Shown here: piece by piece, positions 61,111 to 64,000 of the stretch
How positions within the stretch are numbered: position 1 is the stretch's first letter
Layout: each line of letters starts with the position of its first letter
Assembly (NCBI RefSeq): GCF_009914755.1
Contig: NC_060926.1
Strand: one strand, 5' to 3'
Source of the DNA: the human T2T-CHM13v2.0 reference genome, Homo sapiens
DNA length: 64,000 nt
Translations under genes and position numbers: made by a program
Notes under the pieces: model-generated
Told to the model about the DNA's origin: nothing
Databases searched by the model: none
What the model saw: the letters and a program-made list of their open reading frames with translations, nothing else

Positions 61111-61769
61111 ACATTCTCACCATATGCAAGCTGAAAAGCTCAGAAATCCCAGCCAATCACAGGGGACATTGCACTCTCAGAAGTGGACAGAGTCTGCAGC
61201 CTGGTGACGCTTGCGTAGCAACTGCAACCACCACCTTCTCCACCAACATCCAGGAGTAATGTGTCTTTCATTCCCACCTCTCTGTCTATAGATGTCAGCA
61301 AGGTCACAGCCAGCCAAGGCAACCAAGGCCTATCTGCATATTGTCAGATAGACCAGCAGGGACCTTAGAATACTCTTGGGTGACTTGTTGAGGCTTGGAG
61401 GAAATGTTGGTGGGGAGGGCTGGTGAGATGGGGCAGTGGAGGCAGAGGGGAAGGAGGAGCACTGCAGAGAGACCTGAGGAGCCCCAGAGCTGTCTTCAGA
61501 ATTGCTGCCTGGAATGGCATCCAAGGGCACAGGCTGGTACAACTCTGTCTCCAGCATCAAGATAAGGATGGGAAAGGGGAGGAAAGAGAAGAGCAAGTAG
61601 TGAGTTGTCAATCAAAAGGCATGAACGCATCCTTACCTTGAAAACTGAGGCCATTAAGAAACAGACCACAGAATCCAAAAATTTCTCTACTCTGCATCCA
61701 TCTCAACTGCGCTTTCCAGGACACACACTGCTGAGAAGCCACAGCTGGTGTCTGGGCCACCCAGTCTTT

Positions 61770-62960
61770 CCATTTAATAATTCAGCAAACACTGGCTGAG
61801 CACCTACTGTGTGCAAGATACTGAGGCAGGTGCAGGGGGAGACTCCCAAGGGCAGAACCCAATTCTCAACACAAGGAGGTTATTATCCAGGAAAGGAGAG
61901 TCACAGATACAGGTGACTGTCCCACAGGGGGCTAACGGCTTCAGCAGGTACTGTGGGAGCACAGAGCTGGGGCCCAGGTCAGCCTGGGGAAAACAGGGAG
62001 GGCCCCAGGTTGGGGGCGGGGCGGCCTTCACTGAGTCCTGAGGGTCAGGAAGGAACATGTCTCATAGATGGGAGGGAGTGTCTCCAGGCAGAGGAAACAG
62101 TGAGAATCCCAACAGTAGGCAAAAGAGGAGTGCTCAGTTCAGGGAACTTGGGGGAGTCCAGTAGGTTGGCGCACAGAAAGGGAAGGGCGAGCCAGGAGAT
62201 GTGAGACCAGAGACAGGGGTAGGGCCACAGGTGGACTACAGAGGTCAACGTTTCTTCTAAATCTGAGGGCATGGAGGTAGCAGCATGGCCTGCTCTGAGT
62301 CATAAGTTAGAGCCACCCTGTCCCATGTGATACCCATTAGGCATATGTGACTATTTAAATACTTAAAATTCAATAAAACTGAAATGCAGCTCCACAGTTG
62401 TACTAGCCATATCTCAAGTGCCCAATAGCCACATGTGGCTGGTAGCTGTCATATTGGATGGTGGAAGTGTGGAACATTTCCGTCATCCCAGAAAGTTCTA
62501 CTGAACAGCGCTGCTCTGGAACAGCTCTTCCACCTCCATGGAAAAGAAACAGAGTTGGAGTCAAGGAGGCTGGTACAGAGGAGAAAATGCTCCTAGACTG
62601 GGACCGATGTAGAGAACTGAGTGGAATCAGATAGGAGAGATACATAAGGGTAGAAGAAACAAGACTCAGTTACCAATTGGCTGGGGTGCCAGGGTGGGCA
62701 AAGAAGCCGGGGAAGACAAAAACAAAGACCTGTTTTCTGGCATGGTTAGCTGGGAGTGAGGGGCAGTCACTCACAGTGGGAGAAAAGAAAAGGGAAGAAA
62801 GAGTGAGTCTAGGAGAGAAGGGTGTTCAGTGTGGGTGTGCTCAGCATGGGGTGCCTGCAGAACACCCACAGGCTGATGTTGTGTGGGTGCAGCTCAGCCT
62901 GTAAGCTCTGGGATGGCCAGTGGCTGGGGGCTGTGAGGCTGAGCTGAGGGACTCTCAGGA
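61770..62960 (-). mobile_element. L2 split by MER3
   Basis: ATTCAGCAAACACTGGCTGAGCACCTACTGTGTGCAAG...TCCAGGCAGAGGAAACAG; continues after 62520. Confidence 0.7.
62313..62513 (-). mobile_element. MER3 hAT-Charlie MITE
   Basis: CAAGTGCCCAATAGCCACATGTGGCTGGTAGCT...GAACATTTCCGTCAT..GAAAGTTCTACTGAACAGCGCTG. Confidence 0.9.
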
Positions 62961-63791
62961 GTGGTGTGAATGCAGGGGCTAGCACCACCATTAGCGTGCT
63001 GTTTAGTATACCCTGCCGCTTGTGCTCCGTGGCGACCAGGGGTGGCTGCGCTGCCAGATGGAGACACAGGTGTGGTGTTTGGGAAGTGGGGCTGGGTTCT
63101 TGGGGCTGCGGGTTCCAAACTGCGAAACTGCAAACTACAGACTTTATGCTGCGCGTGAAAGACTAAGGGGCAGGGAGAAAGGGGCTGCAGAATGGCAAAA
63201 TTGTCTCGTGAGGCCAAGGGATTGTGGCTTTGGCCTGTTATTCTGAGAGTTCAGACTGTAACCCAAGGCCGGAAGACGGCTGAAAGTCACGCCAGAGCCT
63301 CCTGTCTTCCCAGGGTGGAAACTGTGTTTCGAGTTGCCTGGCTAAATCCCCAAGAGGTGCTCTCTCGGGAAGCAGCTGGGAGAGGAGGACAGAGGGATGT
63401 GCAGACAGCAAGCAGGCAGCGCTGGGCACCGCTCAGGGTATAGAAGCCACCAAGCCCTAGACCCCGGCAACCTTGCAGGTGGCTCAGGAAGAAGGCTGGG
63501 CTTTGTCCCCACCTCGCAGCTCCCAGCACACTGGAGGGTGGCGGCACACAAGCGTGTTGTTCTCCAAAGCCACTGGGGCACTTCCTGTCAGTTCACATAA
63601 TTGAGTATTACAGTATTTAAATTGCAAATTGACGATTATTTTTACAGGTGTCATTTTAAATATAACACGAAATTTCTTGACATGACATCAGCCCTACCAC
63701 ACAAACAGCTGCACCAGGCCGCCTGCATGTGTGGGGCACATGGCTGGGCCAGTCATGTTACGACGTACACCACAGAAGTGCAGTGGGAGAG

Positions 63792-63793
<2 letters not shown>

Positions 63794-63825
<32 letters not shown>
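63794..63825 (+). repeat. (TG)16 microsatellite with a degenerate TG-rich continuation
   Basis: Read directly from the sequence. Confidence 0.97.
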
Positions 63826-63830
<5 letters not shown>

Positions 63831-64000
63831 GACATGGTGTGACAGTCAGTGTATAGATGTGTGTGGTTGGGAATGTGTATGTGTGGACCCATGTTTGTGT
63901 GTGATGGTGAACATGTATGTCTGTACAGATCCATGTGAATGAAGGTGGGAGGCATGGGGTATGTGGAGACATTGGGCCTAGTGTGCCGGAAACTGTGTGT

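Overview
Primate (human-like) non-coding genomic DNA, either intronic or intergenic. It carries at least 8 Alu copies or fragments (J and S types), many MIR and L2 fossils, old L1M fragments, about 12 MaLR/ERVL/ERV1 solo LTRs, several hAT DNA-transposon fossils and simple repeats. I found no credible protein-coding exon, RNA gene, CpG island or CRISPR-like array. The ORF track is explained by Alu, L1 and low-complexity sequence or by chance. I cannot name the host locus, and I see no firm evidence of a new multi-gene system. The most interesting signals are: (i) a Gypsy-type relic at ~16.5-17.3 kb with a frameshifted minus-strand frame resembling the PNMA/Ty3-Gypsy Gag N-terminus; (ii) a fold-back/template-switch scar inside an L1 at 26.6-26.9 kb; (iii) an ERV1-type LTR keeping CCAAT, octamer and TATA motifs, with a tiny poly(A) insert; (iv) two dispersed local duplications; (v) nested insertions with readable target-site duplications (TSDs); (vi) a few repeat-free motif clusters that may be enhancers. 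Repeat family names come from my recall of consensus sequences, not a database search. Boundaries of old elements are approximate.
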